Source: Phoronis australis (taxonomy: Eukaryota; Animalia; Phoronida). Taken from it: 64,000 nucleotides of DNA. The stretch covers positions 1 through 64,000 of the forward strand of contig NMRA01000347.1 in assembly GCA_002633005.1 (NCBI GenBank). Reading direction: 5' to 3'. A program made the translations under genes and the position numbers. The notes beneath the pieces are model-generated. The model did not search any database and had not been told where the DNA came from. It worked only from the letters and a program-made list of their open reading frames with translations. This document shows, one piece after another, positions 12,661 to 26,948 of the stretch. Position 1 is the first letter of the stretch, and each line of letters starts with the position of its first letter.

Positions 12661-14838
12661 ATGATGATTAATTGTAGCAATGGCAATTTTATTTCTTCTA
12701 TAAGCTCTTGGATTCAGCTGATAACTTACTCGAAATATTGCTACATGTGTTAGGATAAAGACTCACAGTGATTTACAGTTTGTAATGATAATACTGTACT
12801 GTTGTGAAACGTTTTGTTTTTTAAGTATGCAGACAAGTACTGTAGATATGTTCTTGTCCTCTGGTCATCATTAGTTTATTGTTTGTTAATTCTACAGTAC
12901 TGAACAAATAATATCAGAATTATCTCTTAAGTTAAGCAGCTTAAAGACCACTTACAAAATAGTGTTCAAGCATGTACTTGGACTTAAAGAGAATTGAGAG
13001 CAAATTCAAGCCATTCTCATTGCATTTTATTACATTTTCTCCCTCATTATCCTGTTCTGCTTCATTATCCCCTTGGTAATATGAGAACGGATGTGAAATC
13101 AATTCCCTATTAGTTTTGCTACAAAATCCCCTTAAAATACAAATCGATTAATGCACCCAGGACCAGTGGCCTCTACCTGCCTCACTATCTTGCTAAGTAT
13201 GAAATTGCTTAAGGTTATGTTACACTTGAGAAATGGTCAAATTTGGCAAACATGAGAGCATTATATCATAGAAATTGTTGAATGGATCCACGCCAAATCT
13301 GCACCATCCTTAAAAAATAGGTTTTAAAAGAATTATCAAAAGTCAGTTTAATTAGAAGTGTTCTGTGTAGCAAATATCATGCCTTCAATATTCTCAGACC
13401 GGAACCTCATCTATGTGCATGATGTCTTGTACTTTAGTTAACTACTAATTATTTTTTAGTAATTACTTTTCATGTAACTGTATAGTCTTATACTTTTAGT
13501 ATCTATTATATAAAATGCATCGTTTGCACAAACTCCGTCTCCCCCGCTCTACTACAGAGCTTAGTTGCGCCCGTTTCAGCACCACCTTGGTCCCAGGTAT
13601 TGCATTGGATTCGAGGTGTTCTATTTTTTCTGGCGGGATTTTTTTTTCGCAGACGCCGAGGGAGGGTTGCCAGTTTTGTACTGGCCTTGGTGACGTCAGA
13701 CTGTCGGCTTAACCGCCATGGTGACGTCACTTCGTCAGCTTAATTTCACTCCCTCCGGCTTCTCTCGCGTATATAATTCATGGGGCCTGTCACTGCCAAA
13801 ATGAATGATGCCTCATTAAATTTTTTACTCTTGAGTAAACCAAATTGTTTACCCGGGTGTTGGAAAATTGGCGTTCTTCAGTTGTTCTGCTGCTAAAATT
13901 GCCATGCGCTCTTAAGACGCCATTGCGTCACCTATTGGCTAATTTCTATGTCTTCAATCAACTGTGAGGTTGCGTACATGTCATAACAATCGGAAGTGGT
14001 TTTATTTCCTTACAAGTTTTTACTATTTTAATACTAGAAAACTCAATTTCAGAACAAACTCTCGAGAGATATCGCAAAATTTTAGGAAATGGCGCGTACG
14101 TGCGCGTGTCACGAGTATGCACTGTTTTCAAAACGATGACCGTGACAGATGTTCCTTAGTTACAAGGCGGAGAATTATGAAAAATAACGTTAGATTTTCT
14201 TACTTCTATGAACGGCTGTTAATTTCACCAAATGTCGTGAAAACTCCCCGTTTACTGTCTAATGTGTCAAATTGGAGAATTCCAATTTCATTGAAGGTCT
14301 TTTATCTCACAAGGTCTTCCAAATGACCTGCATGATTTCAAGTATTTTACAATAGATTGCTCTGGCTTAAATGTGCATTATCGGTGACAAAAGGATTTTT
14401 CTGGGGTTACTGCAGAATCAGTCTAATGTTATGGTGGCACAGCTGATCACTTGATGATGGTGGCAATCACCTTGATTTCAGCGTAGGTCAGCCAGACAAT
14501 GACGAGACTTGAAGATTTGTAATATAAGATCACAAAAACAACCACGTTGTAGCTCTAACCAAAGCGAATAACTCCAAAACGTCTATACTATCCCAGGTAA
14601 ATCCAAAAATGCGTTTGGTGAACAGAAAACTGATATTTTTCCTTTAAATATTTAGTAACCATTTGCACATTGTTCAGTAGATCATGGTGTTTATAGCACT
14701 TTCTCTCATTGTTTATAAACAATGATTGATTTAGGCCTTTTGATCTCTTAAAATCCGGCTAAAATTAGGTGATCAATAAGAACATGAAGACCTTCATGAC
14801 TCCAGTGTTTATCTAGGTTGCCCAGCCGAAAATTGCTT

Positions 14839-14906
14839 ACTCCAAATTGCATACTCCAAATTGCATACTCCAAATTGCATACTCCAAATTGCATACTCCA
14901 AATTGC
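14839..14906. repeat. 14-bp minisatellite ACTCCAAATTGCAT, about 5 copies
   Basis: Direct tandem units. Confidence 0.95.
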
Positions 14907-17900
14907 TGCCTTTAGTTTAAGCTCTGTATACATTGCCCGAAACTCAACTTGCCGGGTTTTTGACCGTGACGGCAACAATTCATTAGCATGAGCTTGATAT
15001 TGTTTTTAAACCATTACAAATTCAACCATGACACCTTACCGGTGACTAAATTCCCCTTTTATGTGCCAAATCCCTACTTTGTTGAACACTATATGTATAT
15101 GCAAATGAAGATATCTTCACCAGACCTTTGATTGGCTTTGACCAATGGACTATCTTTGGACAATATTCTGATTGGTCAACTTAGCCTATACTTATTTTTA
15201 ATTGGTTACAGTATATCTCAAGTTTTGACATATTGTCCGATTAGCATGTAAATACCCGCGTGAATACTCGGAAACTGGCTATTCTCCATTAGTGGTGTTC
15301 ATGGGTGTGAATGCTCAGAATAACGCCTTTCTCCTGTGCAGCAAATTTAGCGGCTATATTACCACTAAAGTTTGCATTATTTGATATGCCGCGACGAACA
15401 AAATAATTAAGTAGTTATGCTAAGAGAAATTGTCACTTTGCGCAAGTGCATTGCAAGTCACATTTCCCACGGAATTGTAAAAAAATTTGGACTGAAAAAT
15501 CTCCGGTTTTTTTATCTGTTTGTAGATCGAGTCCCAGGTCTCTGTTGGCTGCAATTATTGTTACCTTTTCAGTATTTTTAAAGTTTTTAAATCACTGCTG
15601 ATGAACTGTTACATTTGCCCACGAGGTGAATCCACAAAGGGTTTACTGACGATATTTTTTGCAAGTTCTTTACCAGTTTTACTCAGTTGTTGTTGCTCTC
15701 CAGAAACTCAAGAACAGTTATGTAGTTAGCAAAGTCGACTAGAGGTGGTCGACCTACATAAGTGGGTTTTATTAATGGGAACTGAACTCGTGAGAACGCT
15801 CGCATTAACGGAATTAAAAGCAGATTTAGTTAAACATTTAATTTGCAGGTTTCTCAGTTAAAGCATGTGAATAAGGCTATTTTATTCCAAGGGAATATCA
15901 ATTGAGCCTTTTTCTGCTGGCTCACAAATGTTGCTGAGGGTTGAGTCTGCAATATTTTTGCTAAATGATTTGAAGGAAAAAAATCACAAGTTTGTCCAGC
16001 TTTGTCTTGTTGCTGCGGTAACCTATATATCAGGAAACATAATCTGCATTGTTCAAGTTCCTCATCGTGTTGCCATGGCGATGCATCACCACCCAAAGCA
16101 AACCATAAAAATCGTACTAAATGGTATTCAATTTGAATTGTTTGGTTTGCGAGTGTATTAGGATTTGATATTTGAGATTGATTTCAAAACATTGGAATGG
16201 ATTGTTATCTTATCAAATTATTTATACTCGATTATTGTACTATTTTCATGAAATGCATTGTTGAGCGCCTTCTTAAGTTTTAGTTCCTCCATTGACCACT
16301 AGGGTTACCTGCACTTCACCTCCAGCAGCTATGATAACTACAGCTCATTAATATTCTGTGTTCAAGGTTGAAAAATTAGTGACAGGTTTCCAGATTTTGA
16401 TAAGTAAAACTGACACCTAACCATCATTAGTTCTATCGAGTCACTCAAGTGCTTCAAATTAACATGTCAATCAGGCAGGTAATTTCATAGATTCACTTGC
16501 TAAGCAAGGCATGATACAAAATCACCATTTTTAATGTCCTTCACTTGTTTTGGTTGCCCTTTCCACCATCCTTAAGCTAATGTCTGAACATCCATGGTTT
16601 TTGATTATATTTGTTTTTGGCCAAAATATGAGTACGGACTTTAAAATCAGCGCATAGGTATAAAAAAAAAACATTGTATTAATCATGTGTCCGAAACACA
16701 ATGTCTTTATTTATGTATGCGCTGATTTTAAGAATCGTACTCCATCTTTTCATTCTAAATCTTGAGTTTAATCTTCAGTTCTTTGAGAAAGTTAGTCAGA
16801 GATACTACCAAACCATCTGCTGAAACATGTGGTGCATCATGATTGCTGTGACGTTCTCTGCAACAGACAAGTTTGTCGCGAGTCGTTCAAACCCGCCGCA
16901 TAAGCTCCGGCAAACATATCACAGCGATCCGTTCAAACAGGTTGCGGAGGTCACTGCCCTCCCTCAAAACATTGTCTTTGCACAAACCTTGTACGTATCG
17001 ATCGGTGCCAGAATATTTAGAAGAGAATTTTCTCTTAGTGTTATTAAAATAATCATTTATAGTTGTCACTTTTTGTATTCATGATTGTTAGCAGTAATCA
17101 TAAGTAGAATGGTGCACGGTGAGTGCAAGACCAACTGCTGGTGTGGCGAAGAAAATTCTGATATTAATTTACGAGAATAAAACAATTTCATGGTATTTAC
17201 GGTGTATGTAAATGGGAAGATATGCCTGAAGCATTAAGAATAATTATTAAACAACTGTGCTCATTTGGTTTTATAATTATGCCGAACACGTTCTTTTCTG
17301 CTATTGCTAATTCAAGTGAGGATGGAAATTAATGCTTTTGTTGGAAGGAAACGCCATGTATTTTGACTTCCCTTTGTCGTGACCAAGAGAACCACATTTG
17401 TGATGGATGGGAAGATTGTTGTCGCCTGTTTAATATAATATGCAAATGTAGTCTTAACAGGACTTGAAAGAATCCGGAAATATTACCTAGTTAAAGCAAT
17501 AAAGACGCTGGTCATAAATCACCCAGAAATGTTTTTTGTAAATCTAAGAAAAACATGAAAAGAAAATTACTTTGCTTTCGTGGGATTTTAATGTTAGATA
17601 TTGCACAATTTGTGTTTAGAACTGAAACTTTGTAAATCATGAAAATGACTGCACTTTGTATTTTGAATAAACAATGCTTCAATATCTCATTTGATTTGAT
17701 ATACGACAGTTCTATACTTATGGTGGACTGGCACTCAACAGTTTTTCATCATTTTTGCCTCCCCAGGCAGGAGGAAATGAGAGTAAACAGTTTTTTTGTT
17801 TTTACAACAAAGTTATAAAATACAATGCATATGCAGGTACTGACTGTAGATAATTTAGCTTGCCTACAGTCTAAAAAACTAATTTGAAATACATGTATGT

Positions 17901-19756
17901 TTCTTAAGCTTTTATGCCCATGGCAAATGCAGGGAGCCATACACAAAATTGGCAGTTTTCAAAAACCATGACTCGCATACGACTGCTTAGCACCAGCAGA
18001 CAACGCCATGCCAAAACACTCCAGATTCCAAAAATTAGGTAGAAAATGGGTGTCGACCAGACCATTTTTTCCTGCACTAAAAGATCTGAGAGGTCAATGA
18101 ATTTCCAGCCAAAACTTGCCGACGAAGTGGTAGAATGTGTTTGGATGAATACTCACGCTTGCAAGGAAAGTAGGTCATGGAGGCAACTATTGCAGTTCGT
18201 TGCACCCACACGAGTAAAAAACAAATTGCCTAGCCAATCCAGCAGGTGCCAATTCTTATGAAACTGGAGGAATCCGACTGTCTCAAAAAACCTGTCGAGT
18301 GCCACCCTGACCTATCCGGTGCGCAATATGGGTAACTATTTTTTTAGTAAATTTCTCCACAAAGGTAAAAATTAAGATGGTTTTAGTCTATTATAAGGAT
18401 GCGTGGTTTGTGGTGTTCAGATGTCATAAACCAACACGTCCTAAAGATCGCATTATTTGCAAAAACATAATCAGCCATTGGAAAATGGAAAAGCGATTGT
18501 TTTGATTATTGGTTTTGTGCAAATACGTGGGCAAATTACCGTAGTGCAAACTGAAGACATTTTTATTGTTGTGTTATGAATAAGCTTTTGCACTCTGTTT
18601 GACCAGGCATACCATAATGTGACTAAAAGTATCTAATTTTTCAATGTTTTTAGGTTAACAAGGTATGCGCAGTTTCAGATAACAGCCCTTATGGTTGCTT
18701 GACTTTAATCACCATAATGAAATTTAATTTAAACATCTGAGCAATTTCTGTTCTGGCAAAGTGGTGTGAAGAGAAGAGTAAACCAAAATGGTGGAGATGA
18801 AATCATTTTTCTAAATTTGTATCAAAATGTAATTTGAAATACATGTCGGGATAGAGATCTTTTCAGATTTAATGATAGGCCACGTGATCTGGCCAACATA
18901 TGACGTGTATGAAGACTAATAATTATTATTTATGTTAATTTGTGCTTCTTTGGACATTGTCTGCTGAGAGAATAGCACGATTGTCGTGCACGCACAGAAA
19001 TATTTCAAATTGTTCATAATTGTGTGACAGCATTGTGAAGCGTTCCAAGTGGTTTATGTGGCAGCACACCAAGAGCAGGCGAGAGGAGTACGCGAGATGG
19101 ACGGAAAATTACACATGTTGGACTTTTTTTACTTTCGGTATAGAACACCAGATGTAAAATGCGTAGTTTTAAAGTTAATTTTAGCAAGAATATGCAAATT
19201 TGCTATACCCCTTTCCATGCCCATACAATAATACGAATTTCTACTCTCGTCTTTCAAAAGTATTAGGTTATGTGTGACATGATGTTTACACAGGGAATAA
19301 TCCAGTTCTAAGTGCTTCAACATTTGGCAACTCTAATTTCTACGACTACCATTACGCTCCCCACAATGCAACTCTAAGCAGTCCCCTTACATAAAGGCTT
19401 AAAGGGAACTTCCAGGATTGATGGACATTTAAGCAGATACAAGAGAGTAATGTGACATGTTTAAGAAAATTCTCAGAGTTTAAACTGATTCAGTTAATCA
19501 TTTTGTAAACAAACACTGTATCACTGTATACAAACACTGTATCACAGTATCCTGACATCACATTCCTGGGTCACCATCCTTTTCTATTTGAGTTTTCCCA
19601 AATATGTTGTTGTAGGACCCACTTTAATATCTTAAGGACACTGTTTTGTTTACTGTTCAAGTTGGGGTGTTACTTCCAGTCATTATCCCGACAGTGTCTA
19701 ATGCATCATGACATTATTGGCATGAAACTTGCTATGGATTTTTGAAATCATATTAA

Positions 19757-19903
19757 AGTGCCGTTTACACTACAGAAGTTGACACGGGGTCCGCGTTTTT
19801 TGTCATTGGTCATTCCAAGCCCTGGTGTAAACGGACGCTTGACACCGATCAGTTTGCTCTGTGTCAGTTGCGCTGGGCCAATAGTTGATGTCTAAATGGG
19901 ACT
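19757..19903. mobile_element. Internally deleted copy of the 9249 MITE containing a fragment of the CAGGGCTTGGAA family
   Basis: Both ends match 9249-9671; the middle contains TTTTGTCATTGGTCATTCCAAGCCCTG. Confidence 0.7.
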
Positions 19904-20706
19904 ATGGTCTTCTTCGATAACGAGGACCAAAAAGTAGCCATCAAGGCTTTTTCAGGATTGTTCTGCGTGTCTGATGGGCTTTGCCAAATGTATGGAAATT
20001 GTGGCAAAATGTCATTGTTCTTTTCAATTCTTGTCTTAATAAAATGTCCGTTAAAATATTTCAAGTTATCGGTGACTTGTATCCACAAAATGCCCCCATG
20101 GGTGCTTTTTCGAAAAAAATGACATCAGTCGTTCACTGCACCCTCAACTGAATGGTTGGCTTTAAAACCACTGTAAGAGCGTGTAAGTGACTACACTTGA
20201 TTGAAAAATTCAACTCAGAGAGGACATTGTGGAGAATTGAAAATCTGAGTCAGGATTTACAGCCAATTTATGATCCGTAAGTGTTGAGATATTATCGTCA
20301 GTATTGAATATAGGTCAGGTGATTACTTAGATGAGATGCAGTCCGTTGCATTATGGGAAACTTTGGCCTGAGAATTGATTTGTTGTGCAAAATTGTGTAT
20401 AAATAAATCACGCGTGTTTGTATTAACCTGTCAAAAAAGCACTGATTTTCACTACAAAACAGCTATTTGTTATGACAGTGAGTTTATTTGAATTGCACAC
20501 ACATTTTGTTGCACCCCGTATTTTCAAAACAGTATTAATTGTAATAGAAATGAAGGCTGCACTGATAACTTCATTAGAGAAAGAGTCTCCAGTCTTCCTC
20601 AGTAGGTGTCATGACTGTTGAGTGTTTCCATGGTGGTTTATCACAATGAAGAAACTTGATTTCGAGGTGTGATCTACATCGATATTAGCTGCTTGTCATT
20701 TGATAG

Positions 20707-20814
20707 GAATTCGCAAACGAACTCCTCAAATAGATGTAGTTACTAGCGGAGACCAGATCAGACATTGTTGTGGTGTGGACATCTCTTGCTGTCGTTGCAT
20801 TCTACTCTTCATCA
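20707..20814 (+). CDS. Candidate Cys-rich N-terminal cassette exon (IRKRTPQIDVVTSGDQIRHCCGVDISCCRCILLFI)
   Basis: ttgtcatttgatag acceptor, A|gtaagt donor, 108 nt phase 1-1, joins in frame to exon 26949. Confidence 0.4.
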
Positions 20815-21129
20815 GTAAGTTTATGTCACCCTAGGGAAGCATTGTGCGCCTTGTGTGGGGTTCACGAATGTCTTCTAAAGCAATAATTCTGCTACTAAGA
20901 AACATAGTGCCAGTGGACACGCGCAGTTCATTTTGCCACATTGGATTGTGTCTTAGTCTTCCAATTTTGTGGTCAGACTGAAGTTGTGAGTAGATGTTTA
21001 TGTGAAAAATCTGTGTTGGATGTAAAATGTAGAAGTTTTTATATACGACCGTTTCTGCATTTTTGGATATACATATTGTGAACTTTTGACATGTTGTAGA
21101 CAATTTGGGGCTGCTTATAATGAAAAATA

Positions 21130-21680
21130 GAATATGATTCACTACCTATTGATGATTAAGATACAATATGAATTTTAGACTATTCATGATTAAGATGCGA
21201 TAGGATAGCTAAGATACCATATGATTCAGTTATCGTATTTATGATGAAGATACAGTATAATTCGTCAGCCTTTTGTTAAAATACAATATGATGCTCTAAG
21301 TGTTCATGATTACGATACGATATGATCTCTGGCTGTTTACCGTCATGATTGAGGTATGAAATTCTTTAGCTATTTATCAAAAATAAATTTGATTCACTAG
21401 CAATTCATGATTAAGATGTGATCAGGTTCACTAGCTATTTAACCGTATAATACACTATGATTGACTAGCTCACTTCATGATTAAGGTACCATTTGATTCA
21501 TTTCCTATTTATCAGTAAAACACAGTGTGTTTCACTAGCTATTCTTAATTAAGATGCAATAGGATTTACTACTTATTAGTGAAATACCATTTAAATCACT
21601 AGCTATTCAAGATTAAGATGCGATATGATTCACTAGTTATTCATCTCTAAAATATTATGTGATTCACTAGATATTCCTTA
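21130..21680. repeat. Degenerate tandem repeat (ATGATTCACTAGCTATTCATGATTAAGAT-like units)
   Basis: Recurring ACTAGCTATT and ATGATTAAGAT motifs. Confidence 0.8.
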
Positions 21681-22153
21681 TTGATACTGTAACAGCACTT
21701 TAAGTTAAACCTCAAAACTGACTGGTTGATTGACACCCTAGATAAGCTTTGTTAGTGGTTCTATAAGGCCCTTTCATATTGACCATCAACATTAGTATGA
21801 AAGGCCCTTTTAATGAGGCTTTGTAAACTCACAAACATTAGTCAAAACCAGCCAAGTTTCATTTAAGGTCACTTTCACAGTATGTAGTACCAGTAATTCT
21901 TCATTTTCCAGATATACCTTTACCTGAGTACACATCTTTTTGAATTAAGAGTAAGGTAACCGCTTTCGGTGTTTTTTGAGACATTGTTATTTTTTGGTTA
22001 TTACACTCATTAAATTTAATTTATTAAATTCCATTGCATCATACCGCCAATAATGTTCGAGGTACAAACCAACAACTTGTAATTCTTTTGAAATCAGACA
22101 ACTCTCTTCATCAAAGTAAAATGGTTTAGCACAATTCCCAAAACATTGCTTTT

Positions 22154-23543
22154 AATAGCTCACTTGCGAGTTTCTCGCTAGTCACTGTGACGTCACCGGA
22201 AAGGGGGCAAAACCCGCCATATTGCTCTTGTTTTGCCCCGAGTCTTTGCTACACACGCTAAAACTTACTGGAGTTCTTATNNNNNNNNNNNNNNNNNNNN
22301 NNNNNNNNNNNNNNNNNNNNNNNNNNNNNNNNNNNNNNNNNNNNNNNNNNNNNNNNNNNNNNNNNNNNNNNNNNNNNNNNNNNNNNNNNNNNNNNNNNNN
22401 NNNNNNNNNNNNNNNNNNNNNNNNNNNNNNNNNNNNNNNNNNNNNNNNNNNNNNNNNATATTGCTCTTGTTTTGCCCCGAGTCTTTGCTACACACGCTAA
22501 AACTTACTGGAGCTCTTATGGGGAATTTTACGCTTAAAACGTTAAAACAACATAAGATATGGTAGATGGGTCGTGGAATAACTGTGAATGGACGAAGAAA
22601 ATGTGAACTTGTTATGTTGTGCGAAGCTGTGAACGGACAGAAATTGGAACTTAACCCGCTCTAGGCCTGAATGGCGCAGGCATACAGGGGCGATAGTGTA
22701 ACCCCGTAAAAAGATATTCAAATGAAACATGCATATGTGCACATGAAGTTATAATTAACACATACCCTGACTCTGGACACAATTTAGTCAACAAATAACT
22801 TGAGCATATTCATGAAAACCTCACGGTTCTCTCGAGTTTCTCTCACTAGCCGCCATTTTGAGGAAGTTACGTGAAATCACGCCTGTTGACGAACAAAAAG
22901 TCCAAGGGACACAAATCTTACAAATTTCACTTGATATTTTCTCATGCTATTTTGCAAGTGTCACGCGCCAGGTCACGCGCCAGATCTCGCGCTTCGCTCA
23001 GTCTCGCGCTAGCCTTTGCCTCATACTCACCTGACTCAGTTGAACTACTTGATTGTGGTAATCGCGCGCGCGGACAAAGTTAACAGTAACCACAAAGTGG
23101 AGTTGGAATTCTTCGCCTAAGTCACCTGAATTCCCGTATATATGCTTCATCGAAGATATGCTTAGAAGCAGAAAGAGTCACTGAAGAAAGTAAGAGCCTT
23201 TTAGGTGCTAATTATAGGTGTAGAATGTATTTTCGACGAGGTGAAAACTTTACCAGTGAGCGGATTTCGCCTACCGCCCGTTTAAAATACACGGGACGAA
23301 ATTAGTACTGAACGCGATAGAACGTATTGTAGTGCGAATCTGAAGTTCATTTGCCATAACAGCAATGCTTTCGGGACATTTTTCGAACTTAACGGCTAAA
23401 AACTCGAAGACAATAACAGAATACACTCTGCTACAGTATTGGGCAAATGACCAAACGACAAGCTTTTGCTCCACTTCCCGTGACGTCACAGTTAAGTCTC
23501 ACATAATCTCGCGTTATTGTTATAAACTCGCAAAAGGCCTATT
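22154..23543. mobile_element. Unclassified TIR element, CpG-rich
   Basis: AATAG..TTGCGAGTTT..ACTGTGACGTCAC mirrored by GTGACGTCACAGT..AAACTCGCAA..CTATT. Confidence 0.6.
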
Positions 23544-23702
23544 CACTTTATACCGTTTGCATTTGTCTTTTTATTGAATATATTTGGTAACGTTGTGTAC
23601 TTTATGTTTACACATCATCCAAACAAAGTTGCACATCATCCTGTTGAGCTCAGCTCTAAAACGAGAATCACACTAGACCTTTTCATGTCATAAAACCTAT
23701 TA

Positions 23703-25279
23703 CCATAAACTCGCAGGTTAATGCACATGCCTGGGTAATTCACCCGTCCCCGACTTTTTGTGTCAATTTTTGGTTTAAGTGCCCACTGCTTGGGTAATTG
23801 CCCTTCCTTACTTTGTGGAAATTTTCAAGTAAGCACACCTCTCAGGTAATCGCCCATCCCCAACTTATTGCTTACAGAACTGGAGCTTGAACTCATGATT
23901 TTGTTCATAGTGTCGCCTCTGGCTCAGACTTCTGTGTTTCCGGAAACACAGCGTGCTTTCACCTGCATACTATTGTCTCGAAAAGTACGTTTTTCAGCTG
24001 GAATTGGTGGAATAACTCAAACGCTGCAAATATCTTTTTTAAACTTATCAACTGATCTTTAATATTAAACTAATAAAATAGGCCTATTGTGTAGATTTTT
24101 ATAGAAGTTGTGCTAGTCTACCGCGAGGTTAAGTATCTTTCATACGTTAAATGTGAATGCCCTCTTGTGACGAAGTGGCGTAATTTTTTACGACAAGCAT
24201 AAATTGATATTCATATTTAACCCAATGAATGTCCTCCCATTCCTGGAACCACGATTGTCTAATGAATCATGTGCTCCAAACACGCACCTAAGGTGAATTT
24301 TTTAAATTTACCGATTAAGTTACCAATTTGACACCCTGACTTTGGAAAAAATAATTACCACTTACAACTCTTCATTACCACCACCCTGGTATTCTGGCGG
24401 TTGGTAAAAGAAAAAAAATGTTAACCCCCCCCCNGGGATCCCGACAGAAGCTTACTAGCGACGATTGAAGCATGACAGTGGGCGCAAAATTAGGCATACA
24501 ACGCCCTGGTCGTCACCGAAGTGGGTTTGTCTAGGTGACGAGTTTTCGAATTACCTAGTCTAAACTTTTTGTATCAGGCACCATTTCTTTTGTTTTCTCG
24601 AGTTTTTTGAGACATTGCCATGTATTTTCAGATGGAACACATAATTTTGCTAGATTTTCTTCTTCTTGGTTGACCTAGATTTGAATTGACCAATTAATCA
24701 AGCCCCCTTCCATTGCAATTGCAGGCGCAATTTTGATAGATTTATCTCTAGGATCAACCCAGATTTGAATTGAGCAATTATTCACACCTCCTCTCGCAAT
24801 TGTAAACGGTTTGTGTCAACCTGAAACAAATCGTCCGTGTTTTTAATCCGCTAAAGAAACGAAATGTAGTCCCATTCACTGATCTTAAACAGTACTTGCT
24901 GATACGGTAAGTGGACTGTCATTCGAGTTTAATAAAGCTCCGTGGTACGACATTTTGCAGCGCTCTGACATATTTGAAAACATCTGAGACTATAGCAATT
25001 CTCGTGAAATCAAGTTTTCAAAGTTGAAATCCTGTTTCTGTTTGGGTCGTGAGAAACTGTGGTTGTCGGGTGCCGCTGTGTGACTGAACTGACATAAGTT
25101 CCGTACTCGAGTAAGCACCCCACGAGATTGCCAAGTTCGGCTAAAACTTGGACGTAAGCACCTGTCCCGACTTTTTGCCAATCTTTCTGTTTAAGCGCCC
25201 TCTGCTTGGGTTATCGCACACCCCCTGTCTCAGGGTTTCCAAATTTAAGCGCCCAGGGTTTTAACCCGTGAGTTTACAA
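23703..25279. mobile_element. Older, decayed relative of the CCGTA TIR family (about 1.6 kb)
   Basis: TA-CCATAAACTCGCAGGTTAA ... TTAACCCGTGAGTTTACAA-TA with TAAGCGCCC and CCCGACTTT subterminal motifs. Confidence 0.7.
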
Positions 25280-26800
25280 TATATTATTTGTTACTGTGTT
25301 AGGAGTCCGTTTCCATTGTCGTACATATATGCATATATTGAAACCATCAACTACTTTGGAGAAAGCTTCAGAGTTTGTGTTGGTCATCCCTAAAGTTAAG
25401 GAAATTCGAAAATGTCTCATGTCCGCATTACCCGTGACTTGAGTAGCTGTCTCATTCAACAATTGAAGATTAGACGAGCATGTTATTGTTTCTAAACCCC
25501 AAAGCACTTCAATTAAGAGCCCAACATTGAAATGCAAATTTATTGCATCAAACTTTATTATTTTCACGTTTGACTTTGTTTCAAAACAAACTCACGACAA
25601 GCAGAAAAATCCAACTCATTACTGTATTATACTTATGTGTAGTTTATGATGGTGCACTTAATTACCCTTTAATTTCATTAACACTTCAGATGTGTCTACA
25701 ATAATGAACATGGACAGGGCTCATTATTTAGTCATGCCATGCACAAGTTATCTAATACCAAGGTCAGGCACCTGAACATTTGCATGCTCAGGCAGTTATT
25801 GGGTGCTGTGCTTTTGAGTGTGCAGCTCAAAAAATATGAGCAGAGCAGTTTAAAATTTAGAGTTTACAACCTACGGAAATCACTGTTTTGATCATTTTTC
25901 TGGCATTTTTATGCTCAAGTTGTTGTTAGTGTGCTCTCAAAATGATCTAAACGCTCAAATCTTTAGGTTGGTGCAAGTGTGCGCACTCACATAACTGATT
26001 GTGCGCACAACTGTTTGGTTGCCTAGAATACAAAACACACAGTTGTCGCAGTTGCATCGTACGGAACATCAGATAAGTAATTGTCTGATCAACTATTGAT
26101 CAATACTCAGTGTATAGATAACTCATCAAGCGCTAATTTCCTTCATTGTTCGTTATGACTGAATGTGTCGCCGTGGTACTGAAGCATCAAGCAGTCCCAG
26201 TTTGTCTGTAACTCTCTGTAGAATCAACACTGATTTGGATTCTCTCTGGGGATACCTAGGAGTAAAATTGCTGACATCTGCATGGAAACTTGAGGCAATG
26301 GCTCTCCATTAATGGGTAATTTGAGATAATTTTAACTGGAGTGTTTTCAATTGTTAGGTAAGCAGTAAGGATTATGACTGGGGTATGGTATTTTTGAATG
26401 CAACTGAACCATTGATATGTAATAACTACCTTAGGTATTGAAGGTATTCCTCAGGTAGGACTTTTAGATCACAGTAAAATCTAACCAATTTAGGACGTAA
26501 TATAGGGGACATGTGAGTTTTATTTTATCATTTAAATAAGGAAATTTTGGCATTTATTTCAGTACAATGTTAGTGAGGTTTTCTGCACTCTGGTCAATAT
26601 GTTTAGCATTTGATTGATACATTTAGTACATGTTATTGTTAGCAGGCGCAGATTTTTCTGTTGGATATTCTTAAGATATTGTTTACTAGGTACCATAATT
26701 AAATCTTTAAGTCCGTCGTCTTGCAGCTAGTTGGTGAATTGTAAATTTAGGATCATGTAAAAATTTGTGAGGTATGAGCTTTATTCCCATTTTTTCAGAT

Positions 26801-26862
26801 ATCAGTTCAATCAGTTCAATCAATTCAATCAGTTCAATCAGTTCAATCAGTTCAATCAGTTT
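26801..26862. repeat. 9-bp tandem repeat ATCAGTTCA, about 7 copies
   Basis: Direct tandem units about 90 bp upstream of the candidate exon at 26949. Confidence 0.95.
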
Positions 26863-26948
26863 TATTTTCCTGTAGAGCAAGTTTCACAATGTTGCTCTGT
26901 TCATGTTGACATTCGAAGAATTTGTTCAATTTCCTTTACATCTGACAG

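Noticed and set aside
13575-13590. REST/RE1 silencer site (TTCAGCACC)
   Set aside because: Only the left half-site is present; GGACAG is missing.
22219-22520. 62-bp direct repeat around an N gap
   Set aside because: The same sequence lies on both sides of the gap, typical of overlapping contig ends; likely an assembly artefact.
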